Origin: Gammaproteobacteria bacterium
GTDB taxonomy: Bacteria; Pseudomonadota; Gammaproteobacteria; HK1
Length of the DNA stretch: 64,000 nucleotides
Assembly: GCA_965214795.1 (NCBI GenBank)
Contig: OZ243976.1
Coordinates: 4,673,783-4,737,782 of the forward strand
Direction: 5' to 3'
Position numbers and translations under genes: made by a program. This document shows, piece after piece, positions 28,699 to 38,159 of this stretch. Under the pieces are notes generated by a model that did no database searches, was not told the origin of the DNA, and saw only the letters and a list, made by a program, of their open reading frames with translations. How positions within the stretch are numbered: position 1 is the stretch's first letter; each line of letters starts with the position of its first letter.

Positions 28699-31600
28699 GT
28701 GGACGCAGCCGAGCACAACGTCCTTCCGCTTCGCTTGGCGCTCCGCCCGACGCAGCTTGCGGATCTCGAGCCGCAGCCGGCTTCCCTCGACATCTGGGAC
28801 TCCAAGTACCGGCTCAAGACCAGGACCGGCGAGCCCGTCGAACACGGCATCGACGATACCTGTCGGCGGGTCGCCCGCACGCTGGCCGACCTCGAGACCA
28901 CTCCGAAAGCTCGCAAGTACTGGCACGGCCGATTCTGCGAGGCGCTGCGCCGGGGCGCGATCCCGGCTGGCCGGATCGTTTCGAACGCCGGGGCGCAGGA
29001 CCACAAGCCCGCCACCTCCACCATCAACTGCACGGTATCGGCCGTCATCCTGGACTCGATGGACGACATTCTCGGGAAGGTCCACGAGGCCGGTCTCACC
29101 CTCAAGGCGGGGTGCGGCATCGGGTACGAGTTCTCCACCCTGCGCCCGCGCGGGGCGTGGGTGAGCGGAGCGGGTGCGCAGACTTCCGGGCCGCTCTCGT
29201 TCATGGACATCTTCGATCGGATGTGCTTCACCGTGTCTTCCGCCGGCGGGCGGCGCGGCGCGCAAATGGCGACGTTCGACGTCGGCCATCCCGACGCGAT
29301 GGAGTTCATCCGGGCGAAGCGCGAGGACGGGCGTCTTCGCCAGTTCAATCTCTCGCTCCTCATCACCCGGGAATTCGTGGACGCGGTCCGCAACGACCGC
29401 CCCTGGAAGCTCGCCTTCCCGATCTCCGCGAGCGAGAAGGAACAGATCGACCTCGACGACCCCGAGCAGGTCGTCTGGCGCCGCTGGCCGGCCCGTTTCG
29501 ACAGCTACACGTGCGACGGCGAAGGCCGCGTCGCCTGCCGCGTCTACCGGACGCTCCCCGCGCGCCGGATGTGGGACGCAATCATGTCCTCGACGTACGA
29601 CTTCGCGGAGCCGGGGTTCGTTCTGATCGACGAGATCAACGAGATGAACAACAACTGGTTCTGCGAGGAGATCCGCGCCACCAATCCCTGCGTCACCGCG
29701 GATGCCTGGGTGGAGACCGCCGGCGGGCCTCGGCAGGTAGGGGATCTCGTCGGGCGGCCGTTCGAGGCGATCATCGACGGGGCCGCTCATGCCACCGATG
29801 CGCGCGGGTTCTTCCCGACCGGCCGGAAGCGCATCGTGACTATCGAGACCGACGAGGGATACCGCCTGACTCTCACTCCCGACCACCGGGTCCGCCGCGT
29901 GGTCGAAGCCTCCCGCTACGCGATGCAGACCGAATGGATCGGGGCGGGGAACCTGCGCCCGGGCGACGAGATCATGCTTCACGATCACCGCGAGGCGCGG
30001 GAGTGGGACGGCCCCGGGACGGCGGCCGAGGGCTATCTGGTCGGTCTCCTCGTCGGCGACGGGACACTGAAGGAAGATGCCGCGGTGCTGTCCGCCTGGC
30101 CGGGCGCCCTCGCGGTGAACGGCGGCTACGAGCGCCCGGGGGTCGAGGCCGTGATGGATGCCGCCTGGTCGGCGGCGTGCGAGCTTCCGCACCGCGGTGA
30201 CTTTCGTGGCTGGCACGCGATCCCCGGGCGCGGCGAATATCGAATGAAGCTCGGGGCGCTGAAGCGGCTGGCGGACGGCCTCGGCCTTCGTCCGGGCCGC
30301 AAGGCGGCCGTCACCCCGGCGATGCATCAATGCTCCGCGGCGTTTCAGCGGAACTTTCTCCGCGGCCTTTTCGACGCCGACGGGAGCGTGCAGGGCGATC
30401 AGCGCAAGGGCGTCAGCGTACGTCTCGCGCAGAGCGACGAGAATCTGCTGATCGAGGTGCAGCGGATGCTCCTTCGGTCCGGAATCGTCTCGCGGCTCTA
30501 CCGGAACCGCCGGGCGGCGGGCATCCGACGCCTGCCCGACGGTCGAGGCGGTTCGCGTGAATACCGGGTGAGGGCGCAGCACGAGCTCGTCGTCGCGCGC
30601 GAGAACCTCCGGCGATTCGAGCGTGTGGTCGGGTTCAGCGACGCCGAGAAGGCCGGGCGGCTCGCGGCCGCGCTCGCCGGATTTCGGCGTGGCTTCAACC
30701 GCGAGCGCTTCACGGCCACCGTCCGGACGGTCATGCCCGCGGGTGAGGCCGAGGTCTTCGACGTCTCGGTACCCGGCGTCAACGCCTTTGACGCGAACGG
30801 TCTCTACGTCCACAACTGCGGGGAGCAGCCCCTGCCCCCCTACGGCGCGTGCCTCCTCGGGTCGGTGAACCTGACCGGCTTCGTGCGCGAGCCGTTCACC
30901 GCGAACGCCCGCTTCGACTGGGACGGCTTCCGCGATACGGTGGCCGTCTTCACCCGGATGCTCGACAACGTGGTGGAGATCAACGGGCTGCCCCTCGAGG
31001 AGCAGCGCCGCGAGATCACCGCCAAGCGGCGCCATGGCATGGGCTTCCTCGGGCTCGGCTCCACCCTCGCCCTCCTGGGGCTCCGCTACGGGAGCCCGGA
31101 ATCGCTCGCGTTCACGGAGGACGTGAGCCGCGAGCTCGCCCTCACCGGGTGGAAGACCGCGCTCGAGCTCGCCGAGGAGAAGGGGCCGGCGCCGATCCTC
31201 GAGGAGGAGTTCGAGATCACCCCCGCCATGCTCGCCGCCCGCCCGGAAATGGCACGCGACGGCATCGCGGTCGGCGACCGCGTGCCGGGCCGGGTCCTGC
31301 ACGCCCGGTACAGCCGCTACATGCAGCGGGTCGCGGAGGTCGAGCCGGAGCTGGTGGACCGGCTCGCGGAAGTCGGGGCGCGCTTCACCCACCACTCCTC
31401 CATCGCCCCCACCGGCACCATCTCGCTCTCGCTCGCGAACAACGCGAGCAACGGGATCGAGCCGAGCTTCGCGCATCACTACTCGCGCAACGTCATCCGG
31501 ACCGGGCGCAAGACCAAGGAGAAGGTCGACGTGTGGTCGTTCGAGCTCCTCGCCTACCGCGAGCTCGTGAACCCGGAGGCGGAGGAGCTGGACGACCTTC

Positions 31601-31983
31601 CCGACTACTTCGTGAGCAGCAGCGACATCACCCCGCGCGAGCACGTCGACGTGCAGGCGGCCGCGCAGTACTGGGTGGACTCCTCCATCTCGAAGACCGC
31701 CAACGTGCCCACGGACTTTCCGTACGAGGACTTCAAGGACATCTACCTCTACGCGATGGAGAAGGGGCTCAAGGGCTGCACGACGTTCCGGTTCAACCCG
31801 GAGGCGTTCCAGGGGGTGCTGGTCAAGGAGAAGGACCTCGAGAACACCACGTACCGCTTCACCCTGGACGACGGCGAGGTGATCGAGGTGCGGGGGAACG
31901 AGGAGATCGAGTACGACGGCGAGGTCCACACCGCCGCGAACCTCTACGACGCGCTCAAGGAAGGTTACTACGGGAAACTGTGA
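28699..31983 (+). CDS. nrdJ: Class II (B12-dependent) ribonucleotide reductase, NrdJa part, interrupted by an intein
   Basis: 1094 aa. The GTG start follows GGAGG. TINCTVS, KAGCGIGYEFSTLRPRGA, active-site TNPC / GEQPLPPYGACLLGSVNL split by 376 extra residues. Confidence 0.9.
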   Translation: MDAAEHNVLPLRLALRPTQLADLEPQPASLDIWDSKYRLKTRTGEPVEHGIDDTCRRVARTLADLETTPKARKYWHGRFCEALRRGAIPAGRIVSNAGAQDHKPATSTINCTVSAVILDSMDDILGKVHEAGLTLKAGCGIGYEFSTLRPRGAWVSGAGAQTSGPLSFMDIFDRMCFTVSSAGGRRGAQMATFDVGHPDAMEFIRAKREDGRLRQFNLSLLITREFVDAVRNDRPWKLAFPISASEKEQIDLDDPEQVVWRRWPARFDSYTCDGEGRVACRVYRTLPARRMWDAIMSSTYDFAEPGFVLIDEINEMNNNWFCEEIRATNPCVTADAWVETAGGPRQVGDLVGRPFEAIIDGAAHATDARGFFPTGRKRIVTIETDEGYRLTLTPDHRVRRVVEASRYAMQTEWIGAGNLRPGDEIMLHDHREAREWDGPGTAAEGYLVGLLVGDGTLKEDAAVLSAWPGALAVNGGYERPGVEAVMDAAWSAACELPHRGDFRGWHAIPGRGEYRMKLGALKRLADGLGLRPGRKAAVTPAMHQCSAAFQRNFLRGLFDADGSVQGDQRKGVSVRLAQSDENLLIEVQRMLLRSGIVSRLYRNRRAAGIRRLPDGRGGSREYRVRAQHELVVARENLRRFERVVGFSDAEKAGRLAAALAGFRRGFNRERFTATVRTVMPAGEAEVFDVSVPGVNAFDANGLYVHNCGEQPLPPYGACLLGSVNLTGFVREPFTANARFDWDGFRDTVAVFTRMLDNVVEINGLPLEEQRREITAKRRHGMGFLGLGSTLALLGLRYGSPESLAFTEDVSRELALTGWKTALELAEEKGPAPILEEEFEITPAMLAARPEMARDGIAVGDRVPGRVLHARYSRYMQRVAEVEPELVDRLAEVGARFTHHSSIAPTGTISLSLANNASNGIEPSFAHHYSRNVIRTGRKTKEKVDVWSFELLAYRELVNPEAEELDDLPDYFVSSSDITPREHVDVQAAAQYWVDSSISKTANVPTDFPYEDFKDIYLYAMEKGLKGCTTFRFNPEAFQGVLVKEKDLENTTYRFTLDDGEVIEVRGNEEIEYDGEVHTAANLYDALKEGYYGKL
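29689..30816 (+). mobile_element. Intein (376 aa) with a LAGLIDADG homing-endonuclease domain, inserted at the NrdJ catalytic NPC|GEQ site
   Basis: Begins at Cys (CVTADAWVETAGG). Block B LTLTPDHRV. LAGLIDADG motifs GYLVGLLVGDGTL and FLRGLFDADGSV. Ends LYVHN, followed by Cys+1 (CGEQPL). Confidence 0.85.
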
Positions 31984-32100
31984 GGGGGGAAGCTGTGAGG
32001 CGAGGCCAAGGGCCAAGGTTCAGGGCTGGAGTATCGATGCGGGCGCCCCCATGCAGGGAACGGTGGGGAACGAAGAGCAAGAGTCGAAGGCGGAGCGGGA

Positions 32101-32805
32101 ATGATGGCAATCAAGGTGGACGGGCGCATCGTGAAGTTCGCGGTCGCGGGCGATCCCGCCGCGGCGCAGGCGACCGCCGCCGAGGCCCCGAAGGGGGTCG
32201 CCGCCCGGCACCCGGAGCCTCGCCCGAGCGCCGACGTCATCCACATGCACGAGCAACTCGAGCGGCCCGAACAGCTCGCCGGCTCGACGTACAAGATCAA
32301 GACCCCGCTCTCCGACCACGCGCTCTACGTCACCATCAACGACATCGTCCTCAACTCGGGGACCGAGCACGAACTGCGCCGGCCGTTCGAGATCTTCATC
32401 AACTCCAAGAACATGGAGCACTTCCAGTGGATCGTGGCCTTGACCCGGATCATCTCGGCGGTGTTCCGGAAAGGGGGAGACGTCGCGTTTCTGGTCGAGG
32501 AGCTCCATTCCGTGTTCGATCCGGGCGGCGGCTACCTGAAGCGCGGCGGGAAGCACGTCCCTTCCCTGGTGGCCGAGATCGGCACGGTGATCGAGGAGCA
32601 CCTCATCACGATCGGGCTCGTGCAGCGCGAGGCGCCCGACGAGCGCCAGCAGCGCCACATCGACGAGGTCCGCCGCGAGCTCGGGTACGAAAAGGGCGAG
32701 TTCCCGCACGACGCAGCGCTCTGCGGGCGATGCCGCACCAAGGCGGCGGTCATGATGGACGGATGCATGACCTGCCTCAACTGCGGCGACTCGAAATGCG
32801 GCTGA
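32101..32805 (+). CDS. Class II RNR C-terminal polypeptide (NrdJb-like) with a terminal Cys4 finger
   Basis: 234 aa. LAGSTYKIKTPLSDHALYVTINDIV...RPFEIFINSKNMEHFQWIVALTRIISAVFR, ending CGRCRTKAAVMMDGCMTCLNCGDSKCG. Confidence 0.8.
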   Translation: MMAIKVDGRIVKFAVAGDPAAAQATAAEAPKGVAARHPEPRPSADVIHMHEQLERPEQLAGSTYKIKTPLSDHALYVTINDIVLNSGTEHELRRPFEIFINSKNMEHFQWIVALTRIISAVFRKGGDVAFLVEELHSVFDPGGGYLKRGGKHVPSLVAEIGTVIEEHLITIGLVQREAPDERQQRHIDEVRRELGYEKGEFPHDAALCGRCRTKAAVMMDGCMTCLNCGDSKCG

Positions 32806-33026
32806 GCCCGCGGATCCCGCCGGGAAGCGCCCTCCCGGGCTGCGGTGCGCACCCCCCATCGGAGGACGGAAACCCGCCGCCGGCCTGAACAGCGGGCGCC
32901 GGAAGGGAGTCCGGCTTTCGGCCCGCCTCCTCTCCGCCGCCACGAGGGGCGCCGGGAAGCGGCGGCATCTCGCTACCGCAGGGGCAAGGGCGGGGGCAGG
33001 GTCAGGGACGAGGAGAGGCGGCTGCG

Positions 33027-34451
33027 ATGAACGTGCTGTTCCTCATGTCGGACGAGCACAGCCGCGAGATCGCCGGCTGCTACGGCAACCGGATCGTCCG
33101 GACCCCGAACCTCGATGCCCTGGCCGCGCGCGGCACCGTCTTCGAGAACGCCTACTGCAACTCCCCGATCTGCGTTCCCTCGCGCGCGAGCCTCGCCACC
33201 GGCGACTACGTTCACCGCATCGGCTACTGGGACAGCGCCGCCGCCTATGACGGCAGGCTCCCGTCCTGGCATCACCGGGTGCGCGAGGCCGGCCGCGACA
33301 TGGTGTCGATGGGCAAGCTCCACTACCGGAGCGCGGACGACGACTGCGGCCTCACCGAGGTGCGGCACCCCATGTACATCGTGGACGGCATCGGCGACAC
33401 GCACGGGCTGCTGCGCCGCAACCGGCGGGTGCGGGAGGTGGCGCGCGAGCTGGCCGAGGAAGCGGGCCGCGGAATGTCCGTCTACACCCACTACGACACG
33501 ACAGTGGCCGATGCCAGCGTCCGCTGGCTCCGCGAGCGCGGAGAGCGGAGGAACGCGAAGCCGTGGGTGTTGTTCTCCTCGATGGTGTCGCCTCACTACC
33601 CGCTGATCGCACCGGAAGCGTTCTACGATCTCTACGCGGGCGCCGAGCTCCCGCGGCCGCGGCTCTACGACGAAGCCGCTCGGCCGAGCCACCCGGTGAT
33701 CGCCCACTATCGGGAGACGTGGAACTACGACGACTTCTTCGACGAGGAGCGGCTCGAGGTCGGGCTCAAGGCTTATTACGGGCTCTGCTCCTTTCTCGAC
33801 TTCCAGATCGGCCGCATCCTCGGCGCGCTCGACGCGGGCGGCTTCACCGACGACACGCTGGTCATCTACACCTCCGACCACGGCGAGAACCTCGGCAACC
33901 GCGGGCTGTGGGGAAAGTGCGTCATGTACGAGGAGTCGAGCGGCGTGCCGATGCTGATCGCGGGCCCGGGGATCGCCCCGGGGACGCGATGCGCCACCCC
34001 GGTCTCCCTCGTGGACCTCTACCCCACCATCGTGGAAGCCGCGTGCGGGAAGCTCGACGAGCGCGACCGCGCGCTCCCCGGCGAGAGCCTCGCCACCCTC
34101 GCCCGCGCGCGGCCGGCGGAGCGCGTCGTCTTCAGCGAGATGCACGACGACGGCTCGCTCACCGGCGAGTTCATGGTGCGCCGGGGCGACTGGAAGCTCA
34201 TCCACTACGAAGGTCATCCGCCGCAGTTGTTCGACCTCGCCGCCGACCCGTTCGAGATGCACGACCGCTCCGGACGGCCCGGGACGGCCGGCATTCAGGG
34301 CCGCCTCTACGACGATCTGCACCGGATCGTGGACCCCCAGGCGGCCAACCGGCGTGCCTTCGCCGACCAGGAAGCGCGCATCGAACGCCTCGGCGGCCCC
34401 GGCGCCATCCTTGCCCGCCCCGACTTCAACTTCACCCCGCTGTCCGCCTGA
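33027..34451 (+). CDS. Sulfatase (formylglycine-type, Cys variant)
   Basis: MNVLFLMSDEH, signature CNSPICVPSRASLATG, TSDHGENLGNRGLWGK. The start follows GAGGAGAGG. Confidence 0.9.
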   Translation: MNVLFLMSDEHSREIAGCYGNRIVRTPNLDALAARGTVFENAYCNSPICVPSRASLATGDYVHRIGYWDSAAAYDGRLPSWHHRVREAGRDMVSMGKLHYRSADDDCGLTEVRHPMYIVDGIGDTHGLLRRNRRVREVARELAEEAGRGMSVYTHYDTTVADASVRWLRERGERRNAKPWVLFSSMVSPHYPLIAPEAFYDLYAGAELPRPRLYDEAARPSHPVIAHYRETWNYDDFFDEERLEVGLKAYYGLCSFLDFQIGRILGALDAGGFTDDTLVIYTSDHGENLGNRGLWGKCVMYEESSGVPMLIAGPGIAPGTRCATPVSLVDLYPTIVEAACGKLDERDRALPGESLATLARARPAERVVFSEMHDDGSLTGEFMVRRGDWKLIHYEGHPPQLFDLAADPFEMHDRSGRPGTAGIQGRLYDDLHRIVDPQAANRRAFADQEARIERLGGPGAILARPDFNFTPLSA

Positions 34452-34618
34452 CGATGCCGCCCGGGGCGGCGGCCCGCTCGCTCCGTGGGGATCACAAGCG
34501 CTCCGGCAACACCGGACCTGGTCATGACCAAGTACTCACCTTCCATGCGAGCGCGAACGAATCCATCGCTCTCGAACACCTTGGCAAGATCCTGCCAACG
34601 CCGGGGGCTAACCGCCAT
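34307..34618 (-). pseudogene. HicA-like toxin remnant (weak)
   Basis: The N-terminal 45 aa MAVSPRRWQDLAKVFESDGFVRARMEGEYLVMTRSGVAGALVIPT fit the HicA/YcfA pattern, with GEY where GSH is expected. The ORF then reads through into the convergent sulfatase 3-prime end, which suggests decay. Confidence 0.3.
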
Positions 34619-34976
34619 ATTTCACCGATTCACGGCCGCGAGGGAGACCGGTGTCGCATTCCTCATTCCGGGATTCCCGCTCGGGAAATATCGAGTCCGC
34701 GCGGTAGCGGTCGGGCGCAATTCTTACCGATCGGGACAATTCCGCTGTTGGCACAGGACTTTCCCACGCTAATTCCGTTTGCAATATGACGGGGATTGGA
34801 TGATTGGCGTTGTCCGCGCGTTGCGGATGGTATTGGAGGAAGTTGCGCTGGCTTTCCCGCGCTGAAAGACCGCGGCATGGGGGAAGCGAGCCCGAAGCAC
34901 CGTGCGCGCCGCCGCTCCCGCCGCATGGAGCGTGGGCCGGGAAATCTCATACGCCTCGCTCAGGGCCGTCTTCGAG

Positions 34977-35120
34977 CAGCAATTCTCATTTTGCTCGTCG
35001 GGTCCCGCCGCAGGGCCGGCACGACCGTCGATCCGCCCCCCGATCCACCCCGGATCGAGTCGCCAGGAGAAGACGGCTTGCGGATCAGGGTGAAGTCAGG
35101 CGCCAAAATGAGAACTGCTG
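34977..35120 (+). mobile_element. MITE-A copy 3 (144 bp)
   Basis: Same sequence family as copies 1 and 2. Flanked by the 9-bp duplication GTCTTCGAG (34968-34976 and 35121-35129). Confidence 0.85.
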
Positions 35121-35374
35121 GTCTTCGAGGCGCGGGCGTGTTGTCCTGCCGCCGCCGTGGCACACTGGACCTTCCGGGAAGTCGTCAGGTCGGTGCGCTG
35201 GAGTACGGTCATCTGGCTTGCTCCTGTGGATGCCGGGTTTGGGCACCTCGAATCATCGCAAAGGATGCACGAGCTCGAGCCTTCTACGAGCGTTTCGGGT
35301 TCGTCCGTCTGCCGGACACGGAACGGCGCTTGTTCTTTCCCGTGGCGTCTGCCGAACGGCTGATCGGAGACTGA
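35121..35374 (+). pseudogene. C-terminal remnant of a GNAT acetyltransferase (TacT-like toxin type)
   Basis: Only the last ~35 codons look authentic: IIAKDARARAFYERFGFVRLPDTERRLFFPVASAERLIGD. The upstream frames are broken and MITE-A copy 3 abuts the remnant. Confidence 0.4.
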
Positions 35375-35445
35375 TCCCGTACGGGGATTCAAGTGCGGAG
35401 AAAGGCTTCAGTCGACGCATGCGTCTCCCCGGATCGGTGCCGATA

Positions 35446-37044
35446 TCATTGCGACTCTCGTACCCCGGCCCGAGGATTTCGGTTACCAGACTGATCGTCT
35501 ACGGCAACGAACAGGCCGAGGCCGAAATGTGACGAATGGCCGAGTGAAATGGGGCCGCGAACGGGTGTGTCGAACGCGAGCATGGCGTGATAGCCGCGCC
35601 TCTCCGTGTTCGTGGGGTCGTCTCGATTCCGTCGAGGTCTGTGCACACGTATCCAGTCGGCGGTTTGATCATCCACGCCGATCGTCAGACCGGCCGTATC
35701 GTATCCCTGCCGAGCCAGTTCGAGGCGAAGTTGCTCTTCGAGTGATTCCCCCGCCTTTATCCGGCCTTTACGGTTGCACATATGGCGTGGCGGAACATAG
35801 GGTGTCGCGGTCTCCCAGCGTGTGTATGCCTGCCCGCAGAAGCCGACCGGAGGCGGTACCTGAGAATCCAAGGGCACGAGCCGTACGGTCCAGGGATCCC
35901 TTGCTCCCGCCTTGACGAAGGAAAGCGGAAGTTCTCGTCCGGCCGCGTTCAGGATGGCGCGTTGTTCGTCGTCATCGAACGGTCGGTCGCGCCAGACAAG
36001 CAATCTTGTCGCCTTGCCCGTCTCGCGGTCGAAGAGAACCCCGAATCGGGCGTGTGGATGTCGGTGGTCTTGCAACGGTGTCCCGTCGGCCTCCTTGCCA
36101 GTGAGAAGACGCGCCGCTTCCCGCTGTGCCGTATTGGCCCGTTGCCAGCTTCCTCCGAGAAACTCCCGGATCACCCGTCCCCGGAAACGTCGAGTGAGCA
36201 CGACGATGTTTTTTCTCGGCGGGTCGACTCGCGCACCGATCATGAACTGGACGACGCATATCGGTGCTTTCGTCTGAGGCGTCGAACGCGGCAACTTCGC
36301 CGGCGGTCTGACGGGGCGCTTGGCGTGCAGCCAACGCGCCCCGGCCGGCACGGTCGAGTTCGCGACCGACGGATCATCCGTGGCCGCCTGAACCTGCTCC
36401 AAGGCGGCGTCCGCCGTCGGCACCAGCACCGGGACCGAACCCGATGAGGGTGTTTGCTTCAGGACGCAGTTGACGTCTACGTTTTCTGGCAGGTCATCAA
36501 CCCGTTGGATTTCCGTAATCGCTTCGGCGCGTCCGAAATAGGTCATCCGTTCCAAGCTGGCATCGAACCGGTCAAGCAGATCCCCCGACCACCGTTCACC
36601 GTCCACGACCCACCAGATAATGCCGGAATCCGTGTCAGCTTTCGAGCCGCCGACTACCCAGAAGTTATCGCGTACCAGCGTCGGCCTGTACCTTTTCTCG
36701 CCTGGGATACTCACACGCCGACCTTTTACCTTCTTCGTTCGGCTGGGCGGATCCCACTCAAACTTTGCTGGTTGGTATTGCCGCAATCCCGGGCCTCGCC
36801 AACTGAACGGCGGCAGGCACCAACCGAATGTGCTCGTGCAGAATGCCCCAACCAACGATTCGCGCCATGCTTGACACTCCACGCCGCGTTCCCGCTCCAA
36901 CTGATGGGACCGCGCCAGAATCGCACGAAGCAACCGCCAAGGACTCGGCGGCCACTCCCCGTGAGGGTCTTCGAACGGGAACGCGCGCCATGGATTGGCG
37001 TGGAAACGCCCCAGCGGAAATGTCTGTTGGAGGACGACACGCAT
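35446..37044 (-). CDS. csb2: Type I-G (I-U) Csb2 (Cas5u-Cas6u fusion, GSU0054 family)
   Basis: 532 aa. N-terminus FPLGRFHANPWRAFPFEDPHGEWPPSPWRLLRAILA. C-terminus GPISLGHSSHFGLGLFV. Confidence 0.85.
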   Translation of the reverse strand: MRVVLQQTFPLGRFHANPWRAFPFEDPHGEWPPSPWRLLRAILARSHQLERERGVECQAWRESLVGAFCTSTFGWCLPPFSWRGPGLRQYQPAKFEWDPPSRTKKVKGRRVSIPGEKRYRPTLVRDNFWVVGGSKADTDSGIIWWVVDGERWSGDLLDRFDASLERMTYFGRAEAITEIQRVDDLPENVDVNCVLKQTPSSGSVPVLVPTADAALEQVQAATDDPSVANSTVPAGARWLHAKRPVRPPAKLPRSTPQTKAPICVVQFMIGARVDPPRKNIVVLTRRFRGRVIREFLGGSWQRANTAQREAARLLTGKEADGTPLQDHRHPHARFGVLFDRETGKATRLLVWRDRPFDDDEQRAILNAAGRELPLSFVKAGARDPWTVRLVPLDSQVPPPVGFCGQAYTRWETATPYVPPRHMCNRKGRIKAGESLEEQLRLELARQGYDTAGLTIGVDDQTADWIRVHRPRRNRDDPTNTERRGYHAMLAFDTPVRGPISLGHSSHFGLGLFVAVDDQSGNRNPRAGVRESQ

Positions 37045-37056
37045 CGAAGCGACTCG

Positions 37057-38148
37057 TCAGTCTTCGGTGTCTTGCTCGTCGTCCGAATCGGTGTCTTCCT
37101 CACTCTCATCGGCGCCGGCACGAAACAGTTCTTCAGCCGGCCAGTAGACCTGCGTCACAGGCGAATCGCCGAACCCCGCGTTTTTGATGGCCGACTCGAT
37201 GTCGATGGTTGGCGGATAAACGGGTTCTTCGCGGCCGCGAATGCATAGCTCGTGAAGTTCGAGGTCGCATCCGCTTCGATAGCGGAACGGTCCTTGCAAG
37301 AGGCGCTCGATCTTCCACAGGGCGAGAGCCAGAAGGAATTCCTTCCGCGCGTCGTTCAGACCGCGATCTCCCCGACCGAATGACCGCAGCAACGCCAAGT
37401 CGATGACGAACGTCGCGACGATTTCGCTGGCGGTTTCCTCGTCGACGGAAAAGATAGGCTGCCCGGAAGACGTCTTTCCGAGCTTGTCGAATTTCACACC
37501 GGAACTGCGGACTCTGGATGCGTCGAACGCCTCGAGGTGCGCTGTCAACATCCTCGGCAACTTGATCCCCATGGCGGGAAAGAGCACCCCGTGGACGAGC
37601 GAGTTGGGATCGTAGCAAAAGATCGTGTTGAAGACAGTCCACCACTGCTCGGGGAGCGGATGTGATTTCTTGCCGAGGTCAGTGATTCCGAATTCTTCGC
37701 GGAGCACGTCGCCGAACGTCCGGTCGCCCGCTTCCCCGAGCCTTCCGTCGAGAAAGTAGGTCGAGGCCAACCGGTGCCCTTCAGAGAACGTCGTGACGAC
37801 GAGCCGGTTCGGCCCTCTCCCTTCTTCGGTAACATCCGGCCAGCCGTCATCAGTCCGACACTCGACGTAGGGCATACCCGCGAGTTCATGCGCCAAGTCC
37901 AAGGAATATCCGCTCGCCAAGCACACTGTCTCCAAGTGATTCGCCATGCTCGCCGCGCTGTCTACGATACAGACCTTCTGTGCACGGGTATCGGATCGCG
38001 GGGCGTCGTAAATGACATGCCCGATCTCGGGAAAACCCGCTGGTTGAAACCGGTCCAGGCCGGAAGCCGGCTTGAGGCTCGCGTGAAGCGTGAGACGAAG
38101 TTCCGAGCCATTCAGTAGCCTGGAGGGGTCGAGCGGATGGTCGGCCAT
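37057..38148 (-). CDS. csb1: Type I-G (I-U) Cas7u/Csb1 (GSU0053 family)
   Basis: ORF 37057..38193. The preferred ATG 38148-38146 follows GGAGAG. LKPASGLDRFQPAGFPEIGHVIYD...NSLVHGVLF. Unusual acidic tail ADESEEDTDSDDEQDTED. Confidence 0.85.
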   Translation of the reverse strand: MADHPLDPSRLLNGSELRLTLHASLKPASGLDRFQPAGFPEIGHVIYDAPRSDTRAQKVCIVDSAASMANHLETVCLASGYSLDLAHELAGMPYVECRTDDGWPDVTEEGRGPNRLVVTTFSEGHRLASTYFLDGRLGEAGDRTFGDVLREEFGITDLGKKSHPLPEQWWTVFNTIFCYDPNSLVHGVLFPAMGIKLPRMLTAHLEAFDASRVRSSGVKFDKLGKTSSGQPIFSVDEETASEIVATFVIDLALLRSFGRGDRGLNDARKEFLLALALWKIERLLQGPFRYRSGCDLELHELCIRGREEPVYPPTIDIESAIKNAGFGDSPVTQVYWPAEELFRAGADESEEDTDSDDEQDTED

Positions 38149-38159
38149 GGATGTCTCTC

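Noticed and set aside
28645-32016. 1123-aa minus-strand ORF
   Set aside because: It is antisense to nrdJ, has no motifs and has shadow-ORF composition.
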